DNA of 64,000 bases from an uncultured delta proteobacterium (lineage in GTDB: Bacteria > Desulfobacterota > Binatia > UBA9968), in the NCBI GenBank assembly GCA_963760795.1, contig CAVXEP010000035.1, positions 32,001-96,000 of the forward strand, read 5' to 3'. The notes under the pieces are model-generated. The model ran no database searches. It was not told the origin of the DNA and saw only the letters and a program-made list of their open reading frames with translations. Positions 27,463 to 37,266 of this stretch are shown piece after piece. The position numbers and the translations under genes were made by a program. Numbering within the stretch: position 1 is the first letter of the stretch; every line of letters starts with the position of its first letter.

Positions 27463-27526
27463 TTCACCACGACGGACACGGTTCGACTGCGCTCACCACG
27501 GACTACGAGCACGAAGTTCGGAGAAT
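27463..27526. repeat. Degenerate CACCACGAAG-type short repeat element with inserted TTCGACTGCGCTCACC palindrome
   Basis: TTCACCACGACGGACACG-GTTCGACTGCGCTCACCACG-GACTACGAGCACGAAGTTCGGAG in an intergenic gap. Confidence 0.4.
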
Positions 27527-27604
27527 TAGCCGCAAATAGCGCAAAATAGGACTCGTTGGGCTGCGCTGTCGCTACCCAATAGTTTTTGAATCGAGGAGGC
27601 TCCA

Positions 27605-28417
27605 GTGTTGAAGGAAAAAATCGGCGTGGTTGGCGCGGGGAAAATTGGTGCGGCGATCATGCGCGGGATCGTCCGGGCCGGCTTGGCCGGCAAAGACCAA
27701 GTGATGGCGAGCGATGTCAGCGAGCAACTGCGCGATGCCGTGGTTAAGGAACTCGATATCAAGGCGACCGCGGATAACGGCGTGCTGTGCGATTTCGCCG
27801 AGATTATCATTCTTGCCGTCAAACCGCAGATCGTCGATCCGGTCGCCAAAGAGATCGCCACGAAGCTTGGTAGTAAAAAGCTTCTAGTTTCGGTGGCCGC
27901 CGGCGTGCCGATTGCGCGCATCGAGGCCAATTTGGCAAAAGGCGCCCGCGTGGTGCGCGTGATGCCGAACATCGCCTGTGTCGTCGGCGCCGGCGCGGCG
28001 GGTTTCGCCGGCGGCAGTCATGCCACGGCGGTGGATCTGGAAAAAGTCGGCGCTATCCTCAATAGCTTCGGCGTCGGTATGCCGGTGGAAGAAAAATACT
28101 TGGACGCCGTCACCGGCTTGAGCGGCAGCGGCCCGGCTTATGTTTTGCTGTTCATGGAAGCGCTTGCAGACGGCGGCGTGCAGGTCGGCCTGGCGCGCGA
28201 GGTTGCGCTCAAACTGGCCATGCAGACGGTTTATGGCGCCGCCAAAATGGCATTGGAAAGCAATAAGCATTTGGGCGAGCTCAAAGACGAAGTCACTTCA
28301 CCCGGCGGCACCACCATCGCCGGCCTCTACGCCATGGAGCAAAAAGGTTTCCACGGTACGGTGATGGATGCGGTGGTTAATGCGACGCGGCGGTCGCAGG
28401 AGTTGGGTAAGGGGTAG
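27605..28417 (+). CDS. proC: Pyrroline-5-carboxylate reductase
   Basis: GVVGAGKIG, LAVKPQ, VRVMPN, AVTGLSGSGPAY, VTSPGGTTIAG. Confidence 0.97.
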   Translation: MLKEKIGVVGAGKIGAAIMRGIVRAGLAGKDQVMASDVSEQLRDAVVKELDIKATADNGVLCDFAEIIILAVKPQIVDPVAKEIATKLGSKKLLVSVAAGVPIARIEANLAKGARVVRVMPNIACVVGAGAAGFAGGSHATAVDLEKVGAILNSFGVGMPVEEKYLDAVTGLSGSGPAYVLLFMEALADGGVQVGLAREVALKLAMQTVYGAAKMALESNKHLGELKDEVTSPGGTTIAGLYAMEQKGFHGTVMDAVVNATRRSQELGKG

Positions 28418-28478
28418 GGGTATGAATGCAGGAGGTAAAAGTTAAAAGGCAAAAGCTCAAATCAGCTTCCAAGTTCTG

Positions 28479-29009
28479 TTAGCGATCTTTCCAGCGTTCG
28501 ACATCGCGCTTGTCGAGGTAACCCGGCTTGCCGCCTTTTTGCGATTCCACTCTCAACCAGTCACCCTCGGAGCGGATGACGTTGACTTTGATATCCGCTG
28601 GAAGCCGGGTCACGACCCGGGCATTGGTGCTCGGTGTTTCGCGCAGGTCTTGTTCGCGCAGCGTGCGATAGGGGCCGGCGACTGACGTTGATGGGAATTG
28701 AACTGCGGGCGCGCCGGCCGCTGTTGTAGCGCGGGCGAACTGTTCGTCGATGTAGCCGGGCTTGCCGCCATGCTTGGACTCGACCTGAAGCCAGAAACCC
28801 TCTTTGCCGACGACGTTGATCTGGATGCCCTTGGGCAGGATCGTGATGACTTTATGAAAGTTGCCGGCGCCTTCGCGTAGTGGAACCTCGGCGGTGGTTT
28901 CGTAGGAACCTTTGTATTGCTGTGCTTGAACCGGATTCGCACCAAACATTCCGGTCAGCGCAAGACCGAGCGCAACCAACATAGCACCGGCACCGATTCT
29001 ATGAGCCAT
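28479..29009 (-). CDS. Secreted tandem bacterial SH3 (SH3b) domain protein
   Basis: Start moved to ATG 29009 (GGAGAA RBS); signal peptide; two repeats LRE.....V....G.WL.VES..GGKPGY(I/L)D. Confidence 0.85.
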   Translation of the reverse strand: MAHRIGAGAMLVALGLALTGMFGANPVQAQQYKGSYETTAEVPLREGAGNFHKVITILPKGIQINVVGKEGFWLQVESKHGGKPGYIDEQFARATTAAGAPAVQFPSTSVAGPYRTLREQDLRETPSTNARVVTRLPADIKVNVIRSEGDWLRVESQKGGKPGYLDKRDVERWKDR

Positions 29010-29053
29010 TAGGGTTCTCCACATGACTGTTGGACGTATCGATAGCTTTTTCG

Positions 29054-29635
29054 TTACTTTCTCTTCCAGTTTCCTTGGCCGTCTTGGATCCACCAACCGC
29101 TACGGGATTGTTCGAGCCAGCTTTTGGCGAAGATCGCTTTGATCTTGGGAATACTTTCATTTGAAATGTTGTTGGCCTTGGCGATCTCAGCGTAGAGGTT
29201 CTCGCGATCGCGGTTCTCGGCGTCGACCAGCTGTTTGGACTCTGCTCGCTCCTTCAAGTTAAGCCCATCGGTGTTGCGGATCGCCAGCAGGCCGTCGACG
29301 GCGATGCCAATGTTGCCGCGATCCATGAACGGTTTAATCGCTTCGCTGCGCGCCTTGATCGAGTCCTTGGTCGCGCGAATCGCCGGATTCGACACGTTGA
29401 TGTCAGCCTCCTGCGCATGAACTGCGCTGACGAGACTCAGAGATGCCAATCGCCAAGGCAAATATCGATTGTTACTCTGCGGCGCAGGCGGCGGGGCCGA
29501 CTTCGACGATTCTCCCCAAGTTTCTTTGACGATCTGCTCGGCGGCGCGCTCTACCGCGGCGGCGGGGAAGTAAATGTTTACGGTCACGCAGGCACTGACG
29601 ATGAAGGCCAAAATAAAAGTTGTACGTTTTAACAT
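29054..29635 (-). CDS. YnbE-like lipoprotein fused to YdbL (DUF1318) domain
   Basis: Lipobox VSA-C then VTVNIYFP; YdbL motifs G..G...DGLL, LVDAENRDRENLYAEIAKAN, GWWIQDGQGNWKRK. Confidence 0.85.
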   Translation of the reverse strand: MLKRTTFILAFIVSACVTVNIYFPAAAVERAAEQIVKETWGESSKSAPPPAPQSNNRYLPWRLASLSLVSAVHAQEADINVSNPAIRATKDSIKARSEAIKPFMDRGNIGIAVDGLLAIRNTDGLNLKERAESKQLVDAENRDRENLYAEIAKANNISNESIPKIKAIFAKSWLEQSRSGWWIQDGQGNWKRK

Positions 29636-29647
29636 TGCTCCTCCGGG

Positions 29648-32548
29648 TTATTTGACTTCTGGCTTGTCCGATTTGATCCGCTCCAAGCGGCGCACGAGCT
29701 CCGAGAAGGCGATACTTTGAGTATGGCTGACGATATTTACCGTCGGTGGCAACAAACTTCCCACCACCAGAAATTCTTTATCGCCTTGGGATTCCACGCC
29801 ATGCAAGGTTAGACGATCGTTTCTCAATGTCGCTTTGAAGCCCAGCTTGCTATAGCGAAAACTGTCGAAAAAACTGGCGAGCCCACCGTACAACGAGCCG
29901 GCTTCCTGGCCCGAGCTGAGCACGGTAATTTTATTCAACGCATCGACACTGATGCGTTGTTCGACGCCGCTGCGTTCCACCGAGTGCAGGTCGGCGCTCA
30001 ATTGCGACGGCTGGCCGTCGGTGATGACGAGATCGTCGACGCTGCCCTCCAAGATGCCTGAGATTCGGCCGAATGCAAAGGTCTTGGACAGTTGTTCGAG
30101 CTGGATCGATTCCAGCTTGGCGCTCATTTTAATCGACGCTAGCGCGGAAAACGGGTTGTCGATCTCCAGTTTGCTCAAACGGACGCGTCCGCCGAAAAGT
30201 TCAGCCTGGATCTCGCCGCGGGTGCGCAGCGTGTTACCGGCAGACTCGACTTCGGGGATGGCGCCGTTCAGCTGGCCGCTAAAGCGCGGCCAATCGAAGG
30301 CCTCGGTCAAATCTTGCAGTTGCAGCCGCTTGGTGTCGGCTGAAAATGTCACGGCTTTGGGATCGCGGATGATATCGGGCCATGAGACATTAATTAACTC
30401 GACCTCGCCACCGAAGACTGCGATACGCAAGGGCTGATGCAGCCGCAGCGCGTTGTTTGCAAGCGCGACGGTGGTCGTGATTGGCGCCAGCTGCTGGTTG
30501 CCGAATCGAGCGCGCCCGATGGACAGCAAGCCAAGCGCGGGTGTGGTCGCGATCTCAACCGGCCGATCGCTGAGGCTGATTTGAAACGGTAGCTGTAAAT
30601 TGATGGCGGCGAGCTGCCAATCATTCGATTTCGCATCGACCGCACCATTCTTCACAACCAGATTGCCGCTGGCCGCGAGCTGTTCGAGGGCGCCGTCGAC
30701 CTGCATTTGCATCGCTATCTGGCCGCTAACCGCCAGCTTATCGAGCAGTGGATATTGGCGCTTGAAAGTTTCACGCAGGAAGAATTCGAAAAAACCCCCA
30801 GGCGATAAATTGTCGCTGCGCGCCTGCAGGCGGAGCTGCGGTGTCCCGGTTACTTGCTCGATGCTGCCGGTGAGATTCACACGGCCCACGCTAGCGAGGG
30901 TCAGATCGCAGCGGCGGCATTGCAGGCGGTCGTTAGCGCGGAAATATTCGGCGTCGAGCAGCAATGCCGGTTTTTGGCTCTTGAGATCGCCAAAGAACTT
31001 TCCCCACAACAGTTCGCCGGCGGTGAAATTGAGTTTGGCGACTAGCGCTGTCGCGCCGCTTTCGGCATGGGCGGTTAATTCGACGCTGCCTTCGCCGGCT
31101 AAGCCTTCGCCGACTTTACTGTTGTCCGCTGAAGCAAACTGCCCGCCGGTCAATTTGACCTGTGCAGTGATTAACCCCGGCTTCTCTGGGTCGTAGCTAA
31201 TGGCGCGGATTTCGGCCTGCTCGACCGCGCTTTTGAGTTGGTCACTTCCTGCGAATGAAAACTTCTTGCCATCGACGCGGGCGTTTTGAATCGCCAGTTG
31301 GCCATTGCCCCAGCGAAACGGCGCTCTGAGCGAAAAACTTGCCAGGGCAAAGTTCGCCGCACGCACTTGAGCGGCGTCGCTGCGCACGTTGCCGTCGATT
31401 TCCAGCGCGCGCCATGGACCGTGAAGTTTCATCTCCAGCTCTCCCTGGCCTTGATAGTTCCATTGATTGAATGGCGCCGGCATGAACTTTTTTACGCTCT
31501 CCCAGTCGAGATTGCGCGCCACGATATGGCCATCGTTGATGCTGCCGATCGGCGTAAACGCCAGATTGCCCGCGGCTTCGGCGTTGCCCAGGTGCGAGCT
31601 TAGCGTAAGCGACTTGATGGTGATGGATTTGTTCGTCACGGAAAATTGCCCATTGGCGTTTGCTGCCGCCGGCGCGTCGCGAAGTTGCAACGCCACCGGA
31701 CTAATACTGTTGGGGAAGCCATAGAGGTCGAGCTGGCTGGTGAACGACCCGGCGGCGAAAGTTTTGTCTAAGGCAGCGCTGGCTTTCAGCTGGCCGGACA
31801 GTTCTTTTAGCCCCAGTTTGAGTTGGTTAAATTGCAGATCGACAGTCACATTCGGATCTTTTCCCGCTAGTGTCTGCAGCGTGGCCTCGGCTTGTAGAAT
31901 CGGCTTCGCCGCGGCATTACCCCGGTGAAACAGACCCGCGGCTGATTTCGGGTTGACCGTTGCGGTCAGCGCGACCTGGTTGACTTGCCATTGGATCGCA
32001 AGATCAGCGATGCCGTTGAGCGGAGGTACATCGGCGCGCAGGGCGATGCCAGTTTCAGTTCCCAAATTGATGTTTTGCGCGTCGAGATCGATAGCCGGGA
32101 TGTCGATTGGGCTTCCACCTTCGGTCTTGATCACCGCGCGTCCGTTGGTCACGCGCAAGTTACGCAGAGCCACGGTGGTTGCGCTTTTCGTTTTCGGCTT
32201 GAGCAGTTCGGCCAAGTCGATTTGCAATACTGGCTCCTCCAAGTGAACCCGCTGGAGGGTTTGCGCAAAAATATCCAGCGGCGTGACGGTGGCGGTTAAT
32301 CGGGTGGCGGTCAAAATTCTATTACCGTCCTTCGCGGCGGTGACACCGCTGGCAACCAGGCGGAGCGGTAGTGATAACGTCAGTTTGTCGGCGTGAACGG
32401 CGTAACCTGTTCTCGCCGAAATTTCCTTCTCGAGCCACTGGTGAAAGCCGTCGGACTGCACCCAAAAATAGAGACCCGCTAGACCGCTAAGGACGGCAGC
32501 CGAGAAATACAAGAGTGCTTTGACAATGCTGCGGACGGGTGTCGCCAT
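29648..32548 (-). CDS. AsmA-like / YdbH-type intermembrane lipid-bridge protein
   Basis: 966 aa; N-terminal TM anchor, long beta-taco-type repeats, C-terminal FRYSKLGFKATLRNDRLTLHG...PPTVNIV; upstream of the ynbE/ydbL-like gene, as in the ydbH-ynbE-ydbL operon. Confidence 0.8.
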   Translation of the reverse strand: MATPVRSIVKALLYFSAAVLSGLAGLYFWVQSDGFHQWLEKEISARTGYAVHADKLTLSLPLRLVASGVTAAKDGNRILTATRLTATVTPLDIFAQTLQRVHLEEPVLQIDLAELLKPKTKSATTVALRNLRVTNGRAVIKTEGGSPIDIPAIDLDAQNINLGTETGIALRADVPPLNGIADLAIQWQVNQVALTATVNPKSAAGLFHRGNAAAKPILQAEATLQTLAGKDPNVTVDLQFNQLKLGLKELSGQLKASAALDKTFAAGSFTSQLDLYGFPNSISPVALQLRDAPAAANANGQFSVTNKSITIKSLTLSSHLGNAEAAGNLAFTPIGSINDGHIVARNLDWESVKKFMPAPFNQWNYQGQGELEMKLHGPWRALEIDGNVRSDAAQVRAANFALASFSLRAPFRWGNGQLAIQNARVDGKKFSFAGSDQLKSAVEQAEIRAISYDPEKPGLITAQVKLTGGQFASADNSKVGEGLAGEGSVELTAHAESGATALVAKLNFTAGELLWGKFFGDLKSQKPALLLDAEYFRANDRLQCRRCDLTLASVGRVNLTGSIEQVTGTPQLRLQARSDNLSPGGFFEFFLRETFKRQYPLLDKLAVSGQIAMQMQVDGALEQLAASGNLVVKNGAVDAKSNDWQLAAINLQLPFQISLSDRPVEIATTPALGLLSIGRARFGNQQLAPITTTVALANNALRLHQPLRIAVFGGEVELINVSWPDIIRDPKAVTFSADTKRLQLQDLTEAFDWPRFSGQLNGAIPEVESAGNTLRTRGEIQAELFGGRVRLSKLEIDNPFSALASIKMSAKLESIQLEQLSKTFAFGRISGILEGSVDDLVITDGQPSQLSADLHSVERSGVEQRISVDALNKITVLSSGQEAGSLYGGLASFFDSFRYSKLGFKATLRNDRLTLHGVESQGDKEFLVVGSLLPPTVNIVSHTQSIAFSELVRRLERIKSDKPEVK

Positions 32549-32713
32549 GTTTCTTCGCTAACTCGTTGCCGAATGAAGTGCGTCTATCGTCTAAGTCTCA
32601 GCTCGCTCACAAGTTAGCGCCCAGCTGCGGGTGAATTAGGTTAGCAGCATTGATTGTTCACGACAGAATACCGTTTTGCAATTTGACAGGCGCTTTTTCT
32701 TTATCATATAAGC

Positions 32714-32805
32714 GGGCTCGTCTTTCGACCGATGGGCTTTTGCCCGCGCGCTCGGTTGGTAATTGTCGCGCCGTCAGGGAGCGACGAAAGGAGGAAAGCG
32801 AGTCC
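32714..32805 (+). ncRNA. Candidate structured leader RNA upstream of mscL
   Basis: Follows TTGACA (32683). Closing stem GGGCTCG-T-CTTTC / GAAAG-CGAGTCC; inner hairpins ACCGA-TGGGC-TTTT-GCCC..TCGGT and GTCGC..GCGAC. No family recognised. Confidence 0.35.
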
Positions 32806-32950
32806 TTGACCACATCGGCTGATGCATAAGATCCGTCGCCAGGAAAGAACAACTTGGGGGTTGTATTTCAACTGGGAGCTAATGGTTGAAGGCAATTCCG
32901 ATTATCAATGTGGTGGAGTCGAAGTAGCTCAACTCTTAGAGGAGGCGATC

Positions 32951-33358
32951 ATGATTCAAGAATTTAAAGAATTTATTCAAAGAGGTAACGTCGTCGACCT
33001 TGCCGTCGCCGTGGTCATCGGCGGCGCTTTCGGTAAGATCGTCACTTCGTTTGTCGAGGATGTGCTGATGCCGCCTATCGGATTGATCCTCGGCGGCGCG
33101 GATTTCGCCAATTTGTTTTTCAATCTGTCGGGAAAAGAATTCGCTAGCGTTGCGGCGGCCAAAGCGGCAGGTGCGCCAACCCTGAACTACGGGTTGTTTT
33201 TAAACAACATAATTAATTTCCTGATCGTCGCCTTCGCAGTATTCCTGGTGGTGAAGGCAATCAATCGGTTGCAAAAGCCGGCAGCGCCACCGCCTCCGCC
33301 GGGTCCGACCAAGGATCAAGTGTTGTTGACGGAAATCCGCGACCTGTTGAAGAGGTAA
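32951..33358 (+). CDS. mscL: Large-conductance mechanosensitive channel
   Basis: [33 protein letters not shown]...[17 protein letters not shown]...[10 protein letters not shown]; start ATG 32951 after GAGGAGG. Confidence 0.97.
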   Translation: MIQEFKEFIQRGNVVDLAVAVVIGGAFGKIVTSFVEDVLMPPIGLILGGADFANLFFNLSGKEFASVAAAKAAGAPTLNYGLFLNNIINFLIVAFAVFLVVKAINRLQKPAAPPPPPGPTKDQVLLTEIRDLLKR

Positions 33359-33990
33359 ATTCGTGACCCTTAGTGTCGCTGGGCGACCGGTGCGGCGCGC
33401 TCGATTCTCGACGCGCGCCGTGCCGGGTACGGCAATTCATTGTGGATAAATGGCATCGTCCGAAGTTTAGAGTTTTTTTCGCGGCGATTGTTGGTTTTGC
33501 GCTATGCACTGTCAGTCCACCGGGCACCGACGAAGCCGCCAAAGCCAAAGAAATTCAGCGCGCCGCTCGCGTTGCCATCCGACGCACGAGCCGATTGGCG
33601 CCAGTGGGATTTCTCGGTGCCGGCGACAAATCGCAACCAGCCAGTGCTTACTTTTTTCGAGCTAGTGCCTAACCGCCGCCGGACTCACCGGTATGGTTAA
33701 AAATTTAAGTATTAGGTCGATTTTTGCCCGACAGTTATCTAACGCCAATGCCTACTTGATTTCGCCATGGGTCTGTTAGATCGATCGCGGCGGACAGCTA
33801 ACTCCGCGAAACCACAACGGTTAACGCGGATTGGCGTTTATCACGAAAGCCCCCCTTTCGCGGCCCTAACATGCCGCGCGCAAGATCGATTTGACGCCGT
33901 CAGTAAACCCGCTCTGCGCTACTTAATCGGACAGGACTTAGAAGTAATCAATAGGCCACGTACGGCGTTTGAAAGAATTCGGGTTTTTTC

Positions 33991-34019
33991 TTGACAAACT
34001 TCGGCCCGTATATTAATTT
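33991..34019 (+). promoter_or_regulatory. Sigma70-type promoter candidate for the OmpA gene
   Basis: TTGACA-N17-TAATTT. Confidence 0.6.
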
Positions 34020-34054
34020 GGCCGAAATTTCGTATTTTCGCATGGGAGGCAGAG

Positions 34055-34786
34055 ATGACGAATTCAAACAAATATCTAGCGTTAACCGCGCTAGGTTTCT
34101 TCATGACCGGTTGTACCGGCCTGACGAAGAATCAAGCAGCATTAGTGGGTGCAACAGTCTGCGGTTTGGGCGGCGCTGGCGCCGGCGCTGCTACCGCGCA
34201 TATGGGTGTTAATGGAAGTCACGTAAATGAAGGGATCGGCGCGGCGATCGGCTTGGTTAGCGGCGCACTCATTTGTGGCGGTCTGGCGTATTTGATGACA
34301 GAGAATCCTAAGCCACCACCACCGCCACCTCCTCCGCCACCACCACCGCCACCGCCACCTCCTCCGCCACCACCACCGGCTCCGAAGCCGCCGCCACCGC
34401 CGCCACCACCGGCGCCCAAGCCAGAGCCGAAGCCTGCGCCTAAGGTTGAGCGGACGATCATTCTCGATGACGTGCTCTTCGACTTCGACAAGAGCAATGT
34501 GAAGCCGGAAGCGGCGGCGATCTTGGATCGTTTAGTTGCTTTCATGAAAGAGAACGCAGAGAAGAAGGCTAACCTTTCCGGTCATACTGATAATGTCGGC
34601 AGTGACGCCTATAACCAGGCGCTTTCCGAGCGGCGCACCGCTTCGGTTAAGGACTATGTCGTCGGCAAGGGTGTCGATGGCGGTCGAGTTTCCGGACAGG
34701 GGTTTGGCGAGAGCAAGCCGATCGCGGATAACAAAACCGCGGAAGGTCGCTCCAAGAATCGCCGGGTCGAAATTAAGGTCAACTAA
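34055..34786 (+). CDS. OmpA family lipoprotein with glycine zipper and polyproline linker
   Basis: Lipobox MTG-C; glycine-zipper helices; 22 consecutive Pro; OmpA-C motifs VLFDFDKS, GHTDNVGSDAYNQALSERR, NRRVEI. Confidence 0.95.
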   Translation: MTNSNKYLALTALGFFMTGCTGLTKNQAALVGATVCGLGGAGAGAATAHMGVNGSHVNEGIGAAIGLVSGALICGGLAYLMTENPKPPPPPPPPPPPPPPPPPPPPPPAPKPPPPPPPPAPKPEPKPAPKVERTIILDDVLFDFDKSNVKPEAAAILDRLVAFMKENAEKKANLSGHTDNVGSDAYNQALSERRTASVKDYVVGKGVDGGRVSGQGFGESKPIADNKTAEGRSKNRRVEIKVN

Positions 34787-34809
34787 ACTTCTCTAACGAG
34801 ATTTCAACC

Positions 34810-35193
34810 ATGCGGATGCCAGGAAAGACACTGAGTGCTCTCTTCCTGGCATCCGCATTTTTGTTTCCAGCCTTAGCCGATGCCCAGGTCTTTAACTTCA
34901 AAGAGATCGAAGCCAAGGTGCGCGAGTTTCGCACCCTGCTAGATCAAGCGGGCTCCAGCGGTACCCGTTTCTGGACCAGACTCGATAGCAGCAAGCGGCC
35001 GCATAAGCTTTACGTCGGCGACGGATTCATCAACGCCGATGACGAGGCTAAGGAAAACTTCATTGAACTCTTTTCCCGGTTTCTTGCCGGCCATCCGGAA
35101 AAAAACATGCTCATCGATATCTACGATGCGAGCACGAGTAATCTCATCGGTGAGTATGGGTTCGGTGGTTTTCGCCTGTTTCCACCAAAGTAG
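34810..35193 (+). CDS. Secreted hypothetical protein
   Basis: 127 aa; signal peptide ending ADA-Q; directly downstream of the OmpA gene; typical codon usage. Confidence 0.7.
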   Translation: MRMPGKTLSALFLASAFLFPALADAQVFNFKEIEAKVREFRTLLDQAGSSGTRFWTRLDSSKRPHKLYVGDGFINADDEAKENFIELFSRFLAGHPEKNMLIDIYDASTSNLIGEYGFGGFRLFPPK

Positions 35194-35316
35194 ATATTTC
35201 GCCAGCGCTTTCTGAGCTGGCGCATTCTTCATTCTCTGATCACTTTAGTTTCTGGATCACCCCCTAGATTGGCAACTTGTTTTGTCCGGTCTATTTCAAT
35301 AGCTTGTACGCATCGC

Positions 35317-36645
35317 ATGGACCGGTCAATCGAGCAGCTGCGCTTGGACGCCGCGGCTATTTTCAACGTCGCTGTAAAGGCTGTTGACGCTGCCAATGCC
35401 GTCAAGCGCCATGTGCACATGAGTGGGACAGCGATCGAAATTGCAGGTAGACGATATCCCTTCGCGGACTTTCGCAGAATCTTTATCGTCGGCGCCGGCA
35501 AAGCTGCCATGCCGATGGCGCGGGCTATGGAGACGTTGCTCGGCGAGCGGGTCACGGGCGGCATCGTCGTGACCAAGTATGGCCAAGCCCAGTTGCTGCA
35601 AAAAGTTCGTGTCATCGAAGCCGCTCATCCAATTCCTGATCCTGCGGGCTTGGCAGGCGCGCGCCTGATTGCCGCCATCGCTCGGGAGGCAACTGTTCAT
35701 GATCTAGTTTTTGTCGTGCTATCCGGTGGCGCTTCAGCGCTGTTGCCCTATCCGATCGACGGTTTGACGTTGGCGGATAAGCAATCAGTCACGCAGTTGC
35801 TCTTGCACAGCGGCGCAACCATCCAAGAGATCAATGCCGTGCGCCGCCATCTGTCCGAGATCAAGGGCGGAAAACTTGCCCGGATGGCGTTCCCCGCTCA
35901 AGTGGTCACGCTGATCTTGTCCGACGTCATTGGCGACAGACTGGAAGATATCGCTTCCGGACCGACGGCGCCGGACCCGAGCCGTTACCGAGACTGCTTG
36001 GAGATAATGCGCAAGTACCGGCTGCAAGAATCAATACCAGCGGCGGCACGGGCGATTCTTGAACGCGGCAGCCAAGGTGAGATCGCTGAAACAGTTAAGC
36101 TCGATGATCCAGTATTCACCCTTGTGCACAATGTAATTGTCGGCAGCAATTGTCTCGCGACTGAGGCGGCGCGATTCTATGCGGAAAGCTTGGGATATCG
36201 AGCGACGATTCTATCAAATGCAATTCAAGGCGAAAGCCGCGAGGTCGCCAAGCGACACACGGCGCTGCTGACGAAAGCTTTGGCTGAATCGCTGCGAGAA
36301 CCCACATGTTTCATATCGGGCGGTGAGACGACAGTTACGGTACGCGGCGACGGCATGGGCGGGCGCAACCAGGAGTTTGCTCTCGCTGCCGCGCTTGGTA
36401 TCGCCGATGTCGGTGGAGGGGTTGTGCTCAGCGCCGGGACCGATGGTATCGATGGGCCGACTGACGCTGCCGGTGCGGTTGTCGACGGCGCGACAATTAC
36501 GCGCGGTCGTTCGAAAGGCTGCGACGCGGCGGAATTTTTGGCACGTAACGACAGCCATAGTTATTTAAGCGCCACTGGCGATTTACTGATCACCGGGCCA
36601 ACCCACACCAACGTTATGGATATCCAGGTGATGTTGGCGGGATAA
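35317..36645 (+). CDS. Glycerate 2-kinase type II (MOFRL/TtuD family)
   Basis: GAGKAA..MA, LSGGASAL, INAVRRHLSEIKGG, SDVIGD...IASGPT, GGETTV, GGRNQE, GTDGIDG, TGPTHTNVMD; start moved to ATG 35317. Confidence 0.93.
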   Translation: MDRSIEQLRLDAAAIFNVAVKAVDAANAVKRHVHMSGTAIEIAGRRYPFADFRRIFIVGAGKAAMPMARAMETLLGERVTGGIVVTKYGQAQLLQKVRVIEAAHPIPDPAGLAGARLIAAIAREATVHDLVFVVLSGGASALLPYPIDGLTLADKQSVTQLLLHSGATIQEINAVRRHLSEIKGGKLARMAFPAQVVTLILSDVIGDRLEDIASGPTAPDPSRYRDCLEIMRKYRLQESIPAAARAILERGSQGEIAETVKLDDPVFTLVHNVIVGSNCLATEAARFYAESLGYRATILSNAIQGESREVAKRHTALLTKALAESLREPTCFISGGETTVTVRGDGMGGRNQEFALAAALGIADVGGGVVLSAGTDGIDGPTDAAGAVVDGATITRGRSKGCDAAEFLARNDSHSYLSATGDLLITGPTHTNVMDIQVMLAG

Positions 36646-36867
36646 TCTTTGATGTAACGATGAGTAATTCGATCGATGCACACGTGACAGTCAGGACCAC
36701 GGGCGTAGGGCCAGAATTCACTGGTAAAACTCTCTCTGCGAGGGCTCAGGCGGGCGCCGCAGTGGGAAATTTTTCGCCAATTGACTATTGATTTGGAAAT
36801 TCGTTCATGATTAGAGTCCATTTTTCGCAGCCTTGGCCTTGGAAAAAACCGTTTGTGGAGTAGGACG

Positions 36868-37080
36868 ATGATTGACGTAAGTTTGAAGGGAGTTCGCTGC
36901 CGCGCAGCGCAGGAGATCCTCGATATCGAAGGTACGGTCAGTGCCTCGACCGAAGGCACGATAATTTATGAGTTGGAAGGCGAAGGTGGACAACTAGTTA
37001 ACGTGCATTGGGACGATGGCAGCCGCTCGCTGGTGTCATCCGAAGAAATCGTCATTACCGATCTGGTTACTTGGCAATAG
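36868..37080 (+). CDS. Small hypothetical protein (SH3-like beta domain)
   Basis: 70 aa, MIDVSLKGVRCRAA...EGTIIYE...LVNVHWDDG; GGAG/AGGA RBS upstream. Confidence 0.55.
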   Translation: MIDVSLKGVRCRAAQEILDIEGTVSASTEGTIIYELEGEGGQLVNVHWDDGSRSLVSSEEIVITDLVTWQ

Positions 37081-37266
37081 CATTGCGCTTATTCGCAACC
37101 TGGCCGCGGCCAGCTAGATCTCAATTCGATTGACGACTTTTTTGTCTCCGGTATCGCCATCGCAGGGCTGAAGAACAAACCTATCTAACGCGACTCACTC
37201 TCAATTCTCTTGAAGTGAACTCGAAGGACTCCACTGACTTGACGGGACTCCACGCCGGCAATTCTG

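Noticed and set aside
33373-33700. Small ORFs between mscL and ompA (33373-33672, 33440-33700)
   Set aside because: No clear RBS or motif; one may be real but I cannot support it from sequence alone.
33785-33810. GACAGCTAACTCCGC resembles the 3' end of the c-di-AMP (ydaO) riboswitch
   Set aside because: The upstream conserved GCTGAA, GGGGA and GGGGYGAAU elements are absent, and the likely ompA promoter lies downstream of it.
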